64,000 bases of DNA, taken from positions 64,001 through 128,000 of the IMG/VR virus record IMGVR_UViG_3300011871_000002; one strand, 5' to 3'. Source of the stretch: a virus. Its lineage: Duplodnaviria; Caudoviricetes. Shown in pieces: positions 10,193-19,289 of this stretch; position 1 is the first letter of the stretch, and every line of letters starts with the position of its first letter. A program made the translations under genes and the position numbers. The notes below the pieces were generated by a model. That model worked only from the letters and a program-made list of their open reading frames with translations, had not been told where the DNA came from and did not search any database.

Positions 10193-10237
10193 ATCTGCTT
10201 CTTAACAATCATTCAAGAAAATAGGAGAATAGCAACT

Positions 10238-10804
10238 ATGGCCGTTTCACTCACCTTTGATCTTCAAAACGCTACGACTGACTGGCAAATCTACTGGCGT
10301 CTCGTGATGGAGAACCCAGAAAGCTTCTTGTCGGATGAACACCGCAAGACCATCCGTGAGCAACTCCCGCAGGAAATTCTCGACATGGAGATCTCGCCTG
10401 CCGAAAAGGAACGAGTCATTACCATGGCCGCGAAAGCGTGGGAGGAAGTCAAGACTCCGTCCAATATCTGGAGAAAGCATATCTACGCTTCTCAGCCGGT
10501 CGCTCGTGAGGAAAAGCCGCTGGCTGAGTACAAGAAAATGTTGCTCGGTGTCGCGGATGAGTTTATTGCTGAAGTCGATAAGATCGCGGAGATAAAGCAA
10601 CGCGTTGCCACGGCCAAGACCTTCCGGGTGAAGTTTTCGCAAGCCTTCCACAACGCCATGGTTAAAGCGCTGGTTAAAGAGAATTATCCGCACCTCAACC
10701 AAGGTGGCACCAGCCAGCGTAAACGTCGTCGTGTCAAGTCGATCATCGCCGCCAATCGCGCTCGTCTCAAAATGAAAATCATCAAGAAAGAAGGGAACAA
10801 GTAA
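10238..10804 (+). CDS. Hypothetical early protein, basic C-terminus
   Basis: 188 aa; AGGAG RBS; SQRKRRRVK motif. Confidence 0.75.
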   Translation: MAVSLTFDLQNATTDWQIYWRLVMENPESFLSDEHRKTIREQLPQEILDMEISPAEKERVITMAAKAWEEVKTPSNIWRKHIYASQPVAREEKPLAEYKKMLLGVADEFIAEVDKIAEIKQRVATAKTFRVKFSQAFHNAMVKALVKENYPHLNQGGTSQRKRRRVKSIIAANRARLKMKIIKKEGNK

Positions 10805-10806
10805 TC

Positions 10807-12396
10807 ATGGACAAGAATAAAACAATCTACAAACTCATCGGAAAAGAGTTCGAGATCAAAACGAGCAACATCGAAAAGATCTTGCTGGAAGGCGATTACC
10901 ATGCGATCCCGGCGATCATGTTGGGCATGCGGGTACTGCCGCAGCAAGAGCAAGACGACATCTTCGAGATCGTCTCGAACTGGGTCGCGCACGAAGTTCG
11001 CCGTGGTCGCTTCACCAAGCAAGTGGACGTCGATTCGCGGATGCTGAACGAAGAAGGCGAGCAGTTCCAGGCCATGCTTGACCGGCTCGATCAGGACGGT
11101 TTGCGTAACCCACGCCCGCGTATTAATGCGAAGATGGAATCTGGTTGGAAAGGAGATGATTACGTTTTTTCCCACATTCCACCAGCCCGTGATCTGGGTG
11201 AAAAGTTTCACATCAAGGGTGTGCACCTGACATCCTCAAATATGAAGATGAACAGGCACGTCATTGCGTCGATCAAACCGTGGCTGGCGCAAGGCGATTT
11301 CATCCACCCAAGCCAGCCAGACGTTGATATCGTGAAAGATATTGCAGCCAGCAGTCTCGACCTCGATGGCGACATGTCGACGTCAAAAGGAATCGCACGC
11401 AAACACCTGTCCGCGGTCCAGCCGCGCACCGTAATGCGTGCGACATTGTACACAATTCAAGGTGAAGGTGCTTACATGAAGTTTACGTTCGGTGAAGAAA
11501 AGATCACCCTGTCCAAGGACACGATCGCCACCATCCTCAAAAAAGGTGGCGCCCCGGCAGCCCAGGCCATCACGGGTGAGCGCCACAAGTTTACCCGTGA
11601 AGACTGGGAGCAGTACAATGACGCGATCCTGACCTGGATCAACAAGGATCGCGACGTGAGCGTGGCACCGGCACCGTACGATCTCAATTTCTATGGCATC
11701 GGTTACGGTAGCCAATTCGATGAGTTCGGTGATCCGGCATCCGAGTCCTACCGCACACTGACCTGGACCGACCGGACCAAACGTGACGCCTGCCGGGTAC
11801 CACTCGAAAACCGTACCATGATCGTGACGGAAGACCGTGATGAACATCGCCGTAAGTTGGATGAGATCGTGGAGCGGATGAATATCCAAAATCCGCCGCG
11901 TAGCCTACAACCACCTATCTTCAAGCTGGATATCGGTAACGGTGATAAGCCGCTCAGGCATTTCGGTGTGCTGAGCAGTGTATCGCAAAATCACGCCGCG
12001 AACATGCAGGGCCTGTCTCGTCTGAAACGCCCGCTGACCTACGAAGAACGCTTGAACAACAAGCGCAAGGGTACGCGCAAGAAACTGTTGGCGGCGACGA
12101 TCAGCCCGATCAAGGCGTACGGTGAAATCGAATCGCGCTACAGCAATCCGTATCGCTACATTACCAAGTACTTCAACGGGCAGATGAAAATCAGCGCGTC
12201 GCCAGGCGGGAGCGTCTTCGAACCCAATAACTACCATGGCGTTACGATGGTCCGTATCAAGCATCGTAAGCAAACCGGAGGCTCGATGCGCAAGAAAGCC
12301 AAGTTTCGTTCCCTCACTAGCAATACCAGTTGGATGGGGAATTTGTTCTCATTCAGGGATACGGTTCAGTCTATCCTTGATCAACCATCGCAGTAA
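10807..12396 (+). CDS. Hypothetical protein with an internally repeated domain
   Basis: 529 aa; residues ~8-65 resemble ~224-282. Confidence 0.7.
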   Translation: MDKNKTIYKLIGKEFEIKTSNIEKILLEGDYHAIPAIMLGMRVLPQQEQDDIFEIVSNWVAHEVRRGRFTKQVDVDSRMLNEEGEQFQAMLDRLDQDGLRNPRPRINAKMESGWKGDDYVFSHIPPARDLGEKFHIKGVHLTSSNMKMNRHVIASIKPWLAQGDFIHPSQPDVDIVKDIAASSLDLDGDMSTSKGIARKHLSAVQPRTVMRATLYTIQGEGAYMKFTFGEEKITLSKDTIATILKKGGAPAAQAITGERHKFTREDWEQYNDAILTWINKDRDVSVAPAPYDLNFYGIGYGSQFDEFGDPASESYRTLTWTDRTKRDACRVPLENRTMIVTEDRDEHRRKLDEIVERMNIQNPPRSLQPPIFKLDIGNGDKPLRHFGVLSSVSQNHAANMQGLSRLKRPLTYEERLNNKRKGTRKKLLAATISPIKAYGEIESRYSNPYRYITKYFNGQMKISASPGGSVFEPNNYHGVTMVRIKHRKQTGGSMRKKAKFRSLTSNTSWMGNLFSFRDTVQSILDQPSQ

Positions 12397-12429
12397 TTTC
12401 AATCAATTTAATCAAGAAGGAGTTTTACC

Positions 12430-13218
12430 ATGAACCAAGCCAATTCCGATCTGGACCTGTTCGCCACCATCTACGAAGACGTGGAGCGTCGCAAGCAAGA
12501 GCGCCAAGCGCAAGACACCGCCGACAAGCGCGCCGACTTCACGCTGGAAGACCTGTGGCACTTCCGCCCCGGCCACGAGGCCGAGCTGTCGTTCTCGCTG
12601 TTCCGCAACCACGAACGCGAGCGCATGGCTGAACGCATCGAGCACCGCCAGCGGCGCGCCACCCTCATCGCCGACACGTTCTACGACATCATCATCAAGG
12701 TGACCGAAGAAGACACCGGCCGGGCGTTCTTCACGGATGCTGGCGAAGAGCGTAGTAATCTTGCGCTTGTGCTGCACGACGCCGCCCTGTTCGACTACCG
12801 TGGCATAAACTTCGACCGGACGTTCGACATCATCGAGTTCTCGCTCACCCACGAGAACCCGGTGTTCGTCTACGAAGCCGTCACCTGGCTCGTATCCAAC
12901 GTCATCCAGCCGGCAATGTCAGTACCCGCCGCGAACGAGAAGTATGAAATGCTGATGAGGACGGTTGGCGTCGACGCACCCAACTTCGTGCAGATGCTGC
13001 ACGATGCGTTCATGCTGAACGAGGGCTTCGAATCCAAGCGCCTCGGCAAAACGGAATACGGTTACGATTTCGACTTCAATGCGTTCGAATCCGACACTGC
13101 CGCCGACGCTGCCCAGAACACCGCAACGCCCGATCCTTCGACCACCAGTGACAAGCCGGAATCGACCGTCGTCGTCGATGCCAAGCCGGTGCAAGAAGGT
13201 GCGCACCAGCAGAAGTAA
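12430..13218 (+). CDS. Hypothetical protein
   Basis: 262 aa; AAGGAG RBS; strong C/G-ending codon bias. Confidence 0.8.
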   Translation: MNQANSDLDLFATIYEDVERRKQERQAQDTADKRADFTLEDLWHFRPGHEAELSFSLFRNHERERMAERIEHRQRRATLIADTFYDIIIKVTEEDTGRAFFTDAGEERSNLALVLHDAALFDYRGINFDRTFDIIEFSLTHENPVFVYEAVTWLVSNVIQPAMSVPAANEKYEMLMRTVGVDAPNFVQMLHDAFMLNEGFESKRLGKTEYGYDFDFNAFESDTAADAAQNTATPDPSTTSDKPESTVVVDAKPVQEGAHQQK

Positions 13219-13373
13219 GAATTAACACAACCAGCGTGGGGTATGAAAGCCCCACACATTTCTTAAAGGAAAAGAGCATGTAGCCGTTTGTCTGTTTTCG
13301 TGCAACACCCACGTAGACCTTTACTGTTACCGCTTTGGTAACTTGGATTGACTTCTTTTGGAAGGAAGAAAAA

Positions 13374-14123
13374 ATGGAAAAGAATTCCGAGATCGCAGCA
13401 CAAATGAACGACTTCGTGTCGCTCTTCAATCGCATCGAGAAAACCCTGAGCTTTAACCGCCAGTGGCTCGGTGAAAAAGGTACGCTCGCCGGCGTCGTTA
13501 CCGACGAGAACCATCGCCTGATCATGGAACACGGCGAACTGGCCCGTACCACTGACCAGTACAAGCGCAAGGTCATCCTGATCGGCACCCATTTCGGCCT
13601 CGTCGCAGTGTATCCAACCATGATCCAACCGAGCCGCTCGGGCCTGCCGACACTGTCGTACTACATGACCGAAAGCCTCGCCAGCGCCTTCGGCCTGTAC
13701 GCTGGTAGTGGCACCGCACTGCCGGTCACGGCAAAGCTGGTCGACCACCTGGACTTCCCGGTGCTCGATACTGAAGCGCTGTTAAAGCTGGTCGGTGAAA
13801 TCGCCGAGTACTACCAAGAGCGCCACATGTACGTGGGCGATGGCATGAAGAAAGCCAAAGCCAAACGCACCTTCCACAAGAAGCCGGCCCAAGCGAAGAA
13901 GCCGGAAGCAGCAACTAACAAGACCAACAACCAGCCGAAGAAGCACGGCAAACCCAAGCCGAACAAACAAAAGCAGGTAAGCAAGACGAAACCGGCAGAA
14001 ACGCAGGAAATCGGCATCATGGAATTCGGCACCACAACGGTGACCCCTGAAGACCTAACACCGCCAGCCGCGGCATCGATGGAAACTGCGAAGTTCGACG
14101 ACGCAGCTGCACTGGCCGCATAG
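13374..14123 (+). CDS. Hypothetical protein with Lys-rich disordered tail
   Basis: GGAAGGA RBS before ATG 13374; followed by a terminator. Confidence 0.75.
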   Translation: MEKNSEIAAQMNDFVSLFNRIEKTLSFNRQWLGEKGTLAGVVTDENHRLIMEHGELARTTDQYKRKVILIGTHFGLVAVYPTMIQPSRSGLPTLSYYMTESLASAFGLYAGSGTALPVTAKLVDHLDFPVLDTEALLKLVGEIAEYYQERHMYVGDGMKKAKAKRTFHKKPAQAKKPEAATNKTNNQPKKHGKPKPNKQKQVSKTKPAETQEIGIMEFGTTTVTPEDLTPPAAASMETAKFDDAAALAA

Positions 14124-14125
14124 TG

Positions 14126-14215
14126 CGGCATAAAGAGCTAGGGAATATCCTAGCTCTTTTTTTTTTGTCTATTCGGCAAAGGAGGACGGGAAACCCCGTC
14201 CTCGGTTTTATGCCG
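14126..14215. terminator. Two back-to-back terminator hairpins bracketed by CGGCATAAA and TTTATGCCG
   Basis: AAAGAGCTAGG/CCTAGCTCTTT with T-run; GAGGACGGG/CCCGTCCTC; between convergent genes. Confidence 0.85.
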
Positions 14216-14220
14216 CACGT

Positions 14221-15030
14221 TTAACGGTGGCCACCCACCAGCTTGCGTAAGAAACGGGTGTGCGATTCCACATCGTTCATGAGTGCAATCTTGGCCCACT
14301 TGGTTTTCAAGTAGGTACGGTAGAGTTCGTTACATTCGCGATACTCTTCCACCATGGTCTTGATCGCGCCGAGTTCTTTACCACCCACCAGCACCCCCAT
14401 GTCCATTTCCAGAATGAGTTCTTTGTAGATGTGGCTCTTGACCGCATAGAGCACGAGTTCTGAAAATGCCAGGTAACTCTTCAGTTGCAGGTGGCCCATC
14501 TGTTCGTCGTTAGCGAGCAGGCAGCGCAAGAAGCAATATCCTGGCATCATGATGGGGTCACGCACGGCTACCACGTTTTCACCGATGAGGGAAATCTTGG
14601 CGGTGGAAATGTTAGGAATATTGCCATGCGCATCCATCATGCCTTGCGCCAGGTTCATGATGGCCGAACCCGAGGCAGTGGCCATGCCGCCTGCGTAGTT
14701 GAGCGAATCTGGACTCGTGAAGGTGATGTTCATCACCGACAAAATACTGCGCCCTTGCGTCAAGGATTTGGGAATCCGGTACACGGTAGCGAAGTCTTGG
14801 GTCTTATCGGTCTGTAAGCCAGCCAGATTGATGTACGTTTCCGTACCCCCCATGAGGTTGCAATCCACCATCACGCGTGGTCGAATCACTTCATGCATGA
14901 TCCGTTCGTCGAGCGACACAGGTGGTGCGTTTCCCCACAAGCTGGCGTGTTGGGGTTTGAACGCGAGGTCGAGAATACGCAAGGGAATCTCGCGTTTGCA
15001 CTCGTCGATCGCTTTTGAAATAGGGTTCAT
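14221..15030 (-). CDS. Conserved phiKZ-like protein
   Basis: 269 aa; AGGAGG RBS; divergent from the tubulin gene. Confidence 0.65.
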   Translation of the reverse strand: MNPISKAIDECKREIPLRILDLAFKPQHASLWGNAPPVSLDERIMHEVIRPRVMVDCNLMGGTETYINLAGLQTDKTQDFATVYRIPKSLTQGRSILSVMNITFTSPDSLNYAGGMATASGSAIMNLAQGMMDAHGNIPNISTAKISLIGENVVAVRDPIMMPGYCFLRCLLANDEQMGHLQLKSYLAFSELVLYAVKSHIYKELILEMDMGVLVGGKELGAIKTMVEEYRECNELYRTYLKTKWAKIALMNDVESHTRFLRKLVGGHR

Positions 15031-15042
15031 ATACCCCTCCTA

Positions 15043-15072
15043 AAAAGATTTAACCACATATTACCCTTGTGA
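15043..15072 (+). promoter_or_regulatory. Phage early promoter
   Basis: AAAAGATTTAAC-CACATATTAC-N5-TGA upstream of phuZ. Confidence 0.75.
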
Positions 15073-15169
15073 AGTCACATACGATTTCAATTGTCGTAGC
15101 ACTATTTTTTAACAACGTTGTGCTAGGTTATGTACCAAACGCAACACCATAACGAAAGAGGAAAGAAAC

Positions 15170-16183
15170 ATGAACGAACAAAAGAAAACCGGTACTGTCC
15201 AACTGTTTGCCAATGGCGGCTTGGGCTTCAACATCGGTGCCCAGCTGCAAGCCTTCTGTGACAACAGCGTCGCCGGTGCCGCGCACCTGAAGATCGGCTA
15301 CATCGACACGTCGGATTCGAACATGACCGACACGATCGACGCCAGCAACTGCTACTTCCTGCCGAAAACCGACGGCTCCGGCAAGAACCAGGGCGAACAC
15401 CTCGACCTGATCGACCAGCACGCCAAGCAGATCCTGCAAAAGTTCCCGCCATCGAACGACCTGAACATCGTCCTGTCCTCGGCCGGCGGCGGCTCCGGCG
15501 CCGTGATCAGCAGCACGCTCGCCTCGATCATGATCGAGGAAGGCCACAACGTGATCGCGATCGTGGTCGGTTCGACCGGTGACCTGAAAGAAATCCGCAA
15601 CACCAAGAACGTCATCACGACCTACCAGAACGTCTCCGACGAACTGGGCAAGCCGATCTCGATGGCCTACTTCCAGAACAGCGAAGCCACCCCGCAAGCG
15701 AAGGTCGACCGCGCGATCGTGTCCCTGGTCGGCGCCCTGTGCGTGCTGTTCTCGCGCCAGAACCACGGCATGGACCGCCAAGACCTGAAGCACTGGCTCC
15801 AGTTCAGCGAGAAGAAGATCACCAACTACGGCCCGCGCCTGGCACTGCTGAGCATGTTCGAAGGCAACCAGCCGCTCGGCGACATCGGCGCTGTCATCAG
15901 CGTAGCCACCCTGACCAACGCACAGTCGGGCAGCGGCATCTCGCAGACGCCAGAATACCAGTGCGTCGGCGTGATCCCGGACTACGCGGACAAGGTCGTC
16001 ATCGGTGCCGCGCCCGTGCACTTCGTCAACTCGACCGGCAAGTTCGCCAGCATCAAGGACTCGCTCGACGAGATGAAGAAGAACATCGACCGGCAGCGTG
16101 AAGCGTTGGTCGAAGAAGAATCGGTGAACCTGGCCGCAGTCAAGGGCAAGGCAAACCGCCGGGGCATCGTCGTTGACGATTAA
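15170..16183 (+). CDS. phuZ: PhuZ tubulin/FtsZ-family GTPase (phage spindle)
   Basis: GGLGFNIG, IDTS, DGSGK and the tubulin signature AGGGSG. Confidence 0.92.
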   Translation: MNEQKKTGTVQLFANGGLGFNIGAQLQAFCDNSVAGAAHLKIGYIDTSDSNMTDTIDASNCYFLPKTDGSGKNQGEHLDLIDQHAKQILQKFPPSNDLNIVLSSAGGGSGAVISSTLASIMIEEGHNVIAIVVGSTGDLKEIRNTKNVITTYQNVSDELGKPISMAYFQNSEATPQAKVDRAIVSLVGALCVLFSRQNHGMDRQDLKHWLQFSEKKITNYGPRLALLSMFEGNQPLGDIGAVISVATLTNAQSGSGISQTPEYQCVGVIPDYADKVVIGAAPVHFVNSTGKFASIKDSLDEMKKNIDRQREALVEEESVNLAAVKGKANRRGIVVDD

Positions 16184-16583
16184 ACCCCGCATCCTGGTGT
16201 TAGGGGGTGGCCGGCTCGGCGTGGAATTACTTGTCCGGTTAAGGGAGATGGCGGATGTGGTAGTTTACCACCCCGACGAAGTCGCTTTGGTTGATGAAGC
16301 CATCGAGGACAAAGTCGCCCAGCTCGAAGAGTTGTGTGCGCCTCACTTCTCCCCTGTGCCCCGTCTCGCTGAGCAGTTTGACAAATGTCTTCCTGCGTAT
16401 ATCGACTATGGCTGGGGCACTGACCCGGCTGTGCTGTCGAGACCCATCGAGAACACCATGCCTACCAATCCCCGTGTGTGGTCAACACGGGGACAAAGCG
16501 ACAACCTCCGGAATGCCGGCTGCCACAAGGTAAAGGGCCTTGTCAGGCAAGTGATCATGCCGGTCCGTCGTGTACGTGTTTAA
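16173..16583 (+). CDS. Hypothetical protein (start uncertain)
   Basis: Overlaps the phuZ stop; N-terminal ILVLGGGRLG resembles a Rossmann beta-alpha-beta start. Confidence 0.45.
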   Translation: MTIKPRILVLGGGRLGVELLVRLREMADVVVYHPDEVALVDEAIEDKVAQLEELCAPHFSPVPRLAEQFDKCLPAYIDYGWGTDPAVLSRPIENTMPTNPRVWSTRGQSDNLRNAGCHKVKGLVRQVIMPVRRVRV

Positions 16584-16797
16584 AAAATAGGCTTTAGACC
16601 GTAGCAAAGGCGAGTGCCACCATCACTTCGCGCCCAAAGGTAACTTGACCCTTTTCGCAATTGACAACCTGCCTCCACCGGAGGGCAGAGGTCGCGTTAC
16701 ACTTGATCAGTTCCGCCCGGAGGTCACCGCGCTACTTAGACAGACTGAGTAGCCGCTGAGCCAGACGCCGAGTACTCGATCTGAAACGCAATGACCA

Positions 16798-16879
16798 GCA
16801 AGGGAGAGGGATAATTCGAGCCGCTGACCACATTCGTGTGGAAAGCATCTAGTGCCGTCACGCCCCTCCCCTTGCACCA
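16798..16879 (+). ncRNA. Candidate small structured RNA ending in ACCA
   Basis: GCAAGGG(A)GAGGG pairs with CCCTCCCCTTGC, then ACCA; internal CCACA-TTCG-TGTGG hairpin. Confidence 0.5.
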
Positions 16880-16898
16880 CCGCAGTAGTTATATCAAA

Positions 16899-17005
16899 GT
16901 CGAGACGGGCGGATGTTGGTGGACGCACAGCCAAAGATGGGAAACCATGCGAGTAGCTGCGATCCTTTTTAGGACCCGGAGGTTCGATTCCTCCTCTCGA
17001 CATCA
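16899..17005 (+). tRNA. tRNA-like RNA (class II, Leu-like body) with a non-canonical anticodon arm
   Basis: 7-bp acceptor GTCGAGA/TCTCGAC; D arm GCG...TGG...CGC; T arm GGAGG-TTCGATT-CCTCC; long variable arm; ~24-nt insert in place of the anticodon loop. Confidence 0.7.
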
Positions 17006-17042
17006 TTGAAATGAATAAAACGTTTCTTGTCACTCTTCTCAC

Positions 17043-17565
17043 GAGGGGTAGCAGGAAACGTTTTATGTTCGATTAAGGAGATTTGAATTATGGCCAATGT
17101 TACCCCATATGGTGTTGATCCTGAAAAGGACAACGCTATTTTGCGTTTTCCTACTGGATTGACTGATTCGGAAGAACATCAAGGCCTCAAGAAACTCATG
17201 CAATTACAATTACAGGCACTAGAACCTAATTTCTTGCTGGAAACCAACCCAAGAGGTGTTCGACTCAAATGCCTACCAATTCCCGCAGTCACGAGCGGCT
17301 TTACCACTATGCTGACAGCGTGGATCACACAGCTTGTCATGAATCCTGCACGTAATCTGCCGCGACAAGATATCGCAACCGACCCTAAGCACTACTCGCT
17401 CAGTGTCTTTTCGAAAGGAATTGTGTTTGTCAATATTGTTCCACTGACAAATACTCCTGACGAGGAAGGTTTCTTTTTGTTCTCGTGCGGTGACGCCGTA
17501 ATAGTCTAAGGTTTATGGGTTTCCTGCTACTCTTCGTTAAGAGGGGTAGCAGGAAACGTTTTATG
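17043..17565 (+). repeat. 25-nt direct repeat (17043-17067 and 17541-17565) forming terminator arms around one gene
   Basis: GAGGGGTAGCAGGAAACGTTTTATG occurs twice. Confidence 0.85.
17090..17509 (+). CDS. Hypothetical protein
   Basis: 139 aa; TAAGGAG RBS; lower GC than core genes. Confidence 0.7.
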   Translation: MANVTPYGVDPEKDNAILRFPTGLTDSEEHQGLKKLMQLQLQALEPNFLLETNPRGVRLKCLPIPAVTSGFTTMLTAWITQLVMNPARNLPRQDIATDPKHYSLSVFSKGIVFVNIVPLTNTPDEEGFFLFSCGDAVIV

Positions 17566-17634
17566 CCGTGTAATAAAAAACACCATGCACCTATTTTATG
17601 GAGGGGTACCCCTCCCTGTTTAAGGAAAAAAGAG

Positions 17635-18003
17635 ATGAAACCACACGCATGGATCATCCAGAACTTAAGCGGGTACTTGGCTTACCTTGAACCTGTATTA
17701 ACAAACGTACTGAAAGACTATCCAGCGGTTGAACGGAAGGAATTCATCCAGTGGGTAGTACGGCGCGAGCTGACAGAAATCTATTGTCTTTACGAGATGG
17801 AGAACTTCTGCTTTCCTTACGAGTATTTCAAGGTGTACCAAGCGCTTGCTGATTCTGTCGACTTCAATATCCAAGCCTGCTTTAGTCATTACTTCAAGGC
17901 ACCACACTTATTCGACAGCAGTAACGCCATCAGGATAAAATTCTACCCCAACAATGTAGTTTGTGTTGGGTACCTAACAAACCAAACGAAGTACGTACCC
18001 TGA
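17635..18003 (+). CDS. Hypothetical protein
   Basis: TAAGGA RBS before ATG 17635. Confidence 0.65.
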   Translation: MKPHAWIIQNLSGYLAYLEPVLTNVLKDYPAVERKEFIQWVVRRELTEIYCLYEMENFCFPYEYFKVYQALADSVDFNIQACFSHYFKAPHLFDSSNAIRIKFYPNNVVCVGYLTNQTKYVP

Positions 18004-18004
18004 C

Positions 18005-18772
18005 ATGTTGCCATCCAAATATCCAACCAAGAAAACCGCGATCATCGAACTCTTGCCGTACGCGCAGATGTTCCATGATCAGTTTGAGAAGTATTTGATT
18101 TCACCAGCACCGGGCGTGTATGTACGAGGGGAAATCGCACCGCGCATGCGTGCTGGCACGGTGTATCGCCAAACCGTGGTGAGTGACGCGCCAGACGGCA
18201 AGGGCGTGAAAGCAGAAGTGCCGGTCACGTATCTGGATATCGACCAGATCGAAAGCCCGGTGTTTGACGACGTCGGAGAAGTCGTCATCGGGTCGCGTCA
18301 CCTGCATCTGCTCTCCTCGACTCCAACCGCGCCGGCCGTGGCATTGCAATTGATTTACAAGCTCATGGACTTCGAACTGGAAAAGCTCCAAGAGTGGACG
18401 AGTTACGGTCGTGGCCTCGGTCGACCCAAGCTGGCTATCGATGGTGACCGTGTCGTGGAAATCGAGCCTGAACACCGGCAGTACGATCTCATCATGAAGT
18501 TTTTGAACCAAGCAACGATTGATGAGTTGCGCCGAGTGTATGGGGAATTCGAGTACCAGAATAGTGCCGGCGACGTGATGGTTGATCTGCTCGAAGACAT
18601 GATCAAGTCGCTCGCAACGCTACGCATGAAGGTGGCGTCGTTCGTGGGTGACGACAACTGGTGCGTGCATTTCATGCACATGGACCATCCCCATACGCTC
18701 GTGATCAACAAGAGCGTCGATTACCGGATCATCGACTGGCATGTCAAGAACAATGTGCCGGTGGACTACTAA
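18005..18772 (+). CDS. Conserved hypothetical protein
   Basis: 255 aa, coupled to the previous stop. Confidence 0.7.
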   Translation: MLPSKYPTKKTAIIELLPYAQMFHDQFEKYLISPAPGVYVRGEIAPRMRAGTVYRQTVVSDAPDGKGVKAEVPVTYLDIDQIESPVFDDVGEVVIGSRHLHLLSSTPTAPAVALQLIYKLMDFELEKLQEWTSYGRGLGRPKLAIDGDRVVEIEPEHRQYDLIMKFLNQATIDELRRVYGEFEYQNSAGDVMVDLLEDMIKSLATLRMKVASFVGDDNWCVHFMHMDHPHTLVINKSVDYRIIDWHVKNNVPVDY

Positions 18773-18784
18773 GAAGGAACTAGC

Positions 18785-19243
18785 ATGAAAAAGCGCAGGG
18801 CTGTGTTGTTAGATTTGACCGGCCCTGTGGCCGTGCTTGCTCAGGATTTTTACGAATGGGCGATCACTTATGTGAGTAATCCGGCCTGGGTGTCGTCGCC
18901 TTTTGCCATGATCCAGACCGAGATGTTCCGGCACTTCATCGAGTCGGTGCTCTACGAGATTTTCAAGGAACACCACCATTCGCTGCTTATCGATGTGGAA
19001 CCGGAGTCGAACAAGTTTTTGCGTGAGCAAGGCATGCCACAGGAACTCGTGCTCAAGCTCAAGTGTGAATTTCTCAATAGCGTATTGGCCATCATCTACC
19101 GTGCCTTGCCTGACATTTACTTTGCGGAAATCGAAGCTTGTGATTACGGTTTGACAAATAGCAGTACGCTCATGATTCATATCAACGAAGACGCCGATCA
19201 GCCGATGTTTTTGGCAGCAACACCACCGCCTTCGCGTGTTTAA
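18785..19243 (+). CDS. Hypothetical protein (possible paralogue array member)
   Basis: 152 aa; AAGGA RBS. Confidence 0.7.
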   Translation: MKKRRAVLLDLTGPVAVLAQDFYEWAITYVSNPAWVSSPFAMIQTEMFRHFIESVLYEIFKEHHHSLLIDVEPESNKFLREQGMPQELVLKLKCEFLNSVLAIIYRALPDIYFAEIEACDYGLTNSSTLMIHINEDADQPMFLAATPPPSRV

Positions 19244-19289
19244 TATCCCCCACCGCAGCTTGTTTAGTGCGGTGGCTTAGGAGAATTCC

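Noticed and set aside
16744-16752. Match of the TnpB guide (ACTGAGTAG) within the ncRNA region
   Set aside because: Only 9 nt, with no adjacent TAM or seed match; expected by chance
16584-17005. tmRNA
   Set aside because: The T-arm end resembles tmRNA, but the acceptor closes with 16899, lacks the G3-U alanine pair, and no tag reading frame was seen
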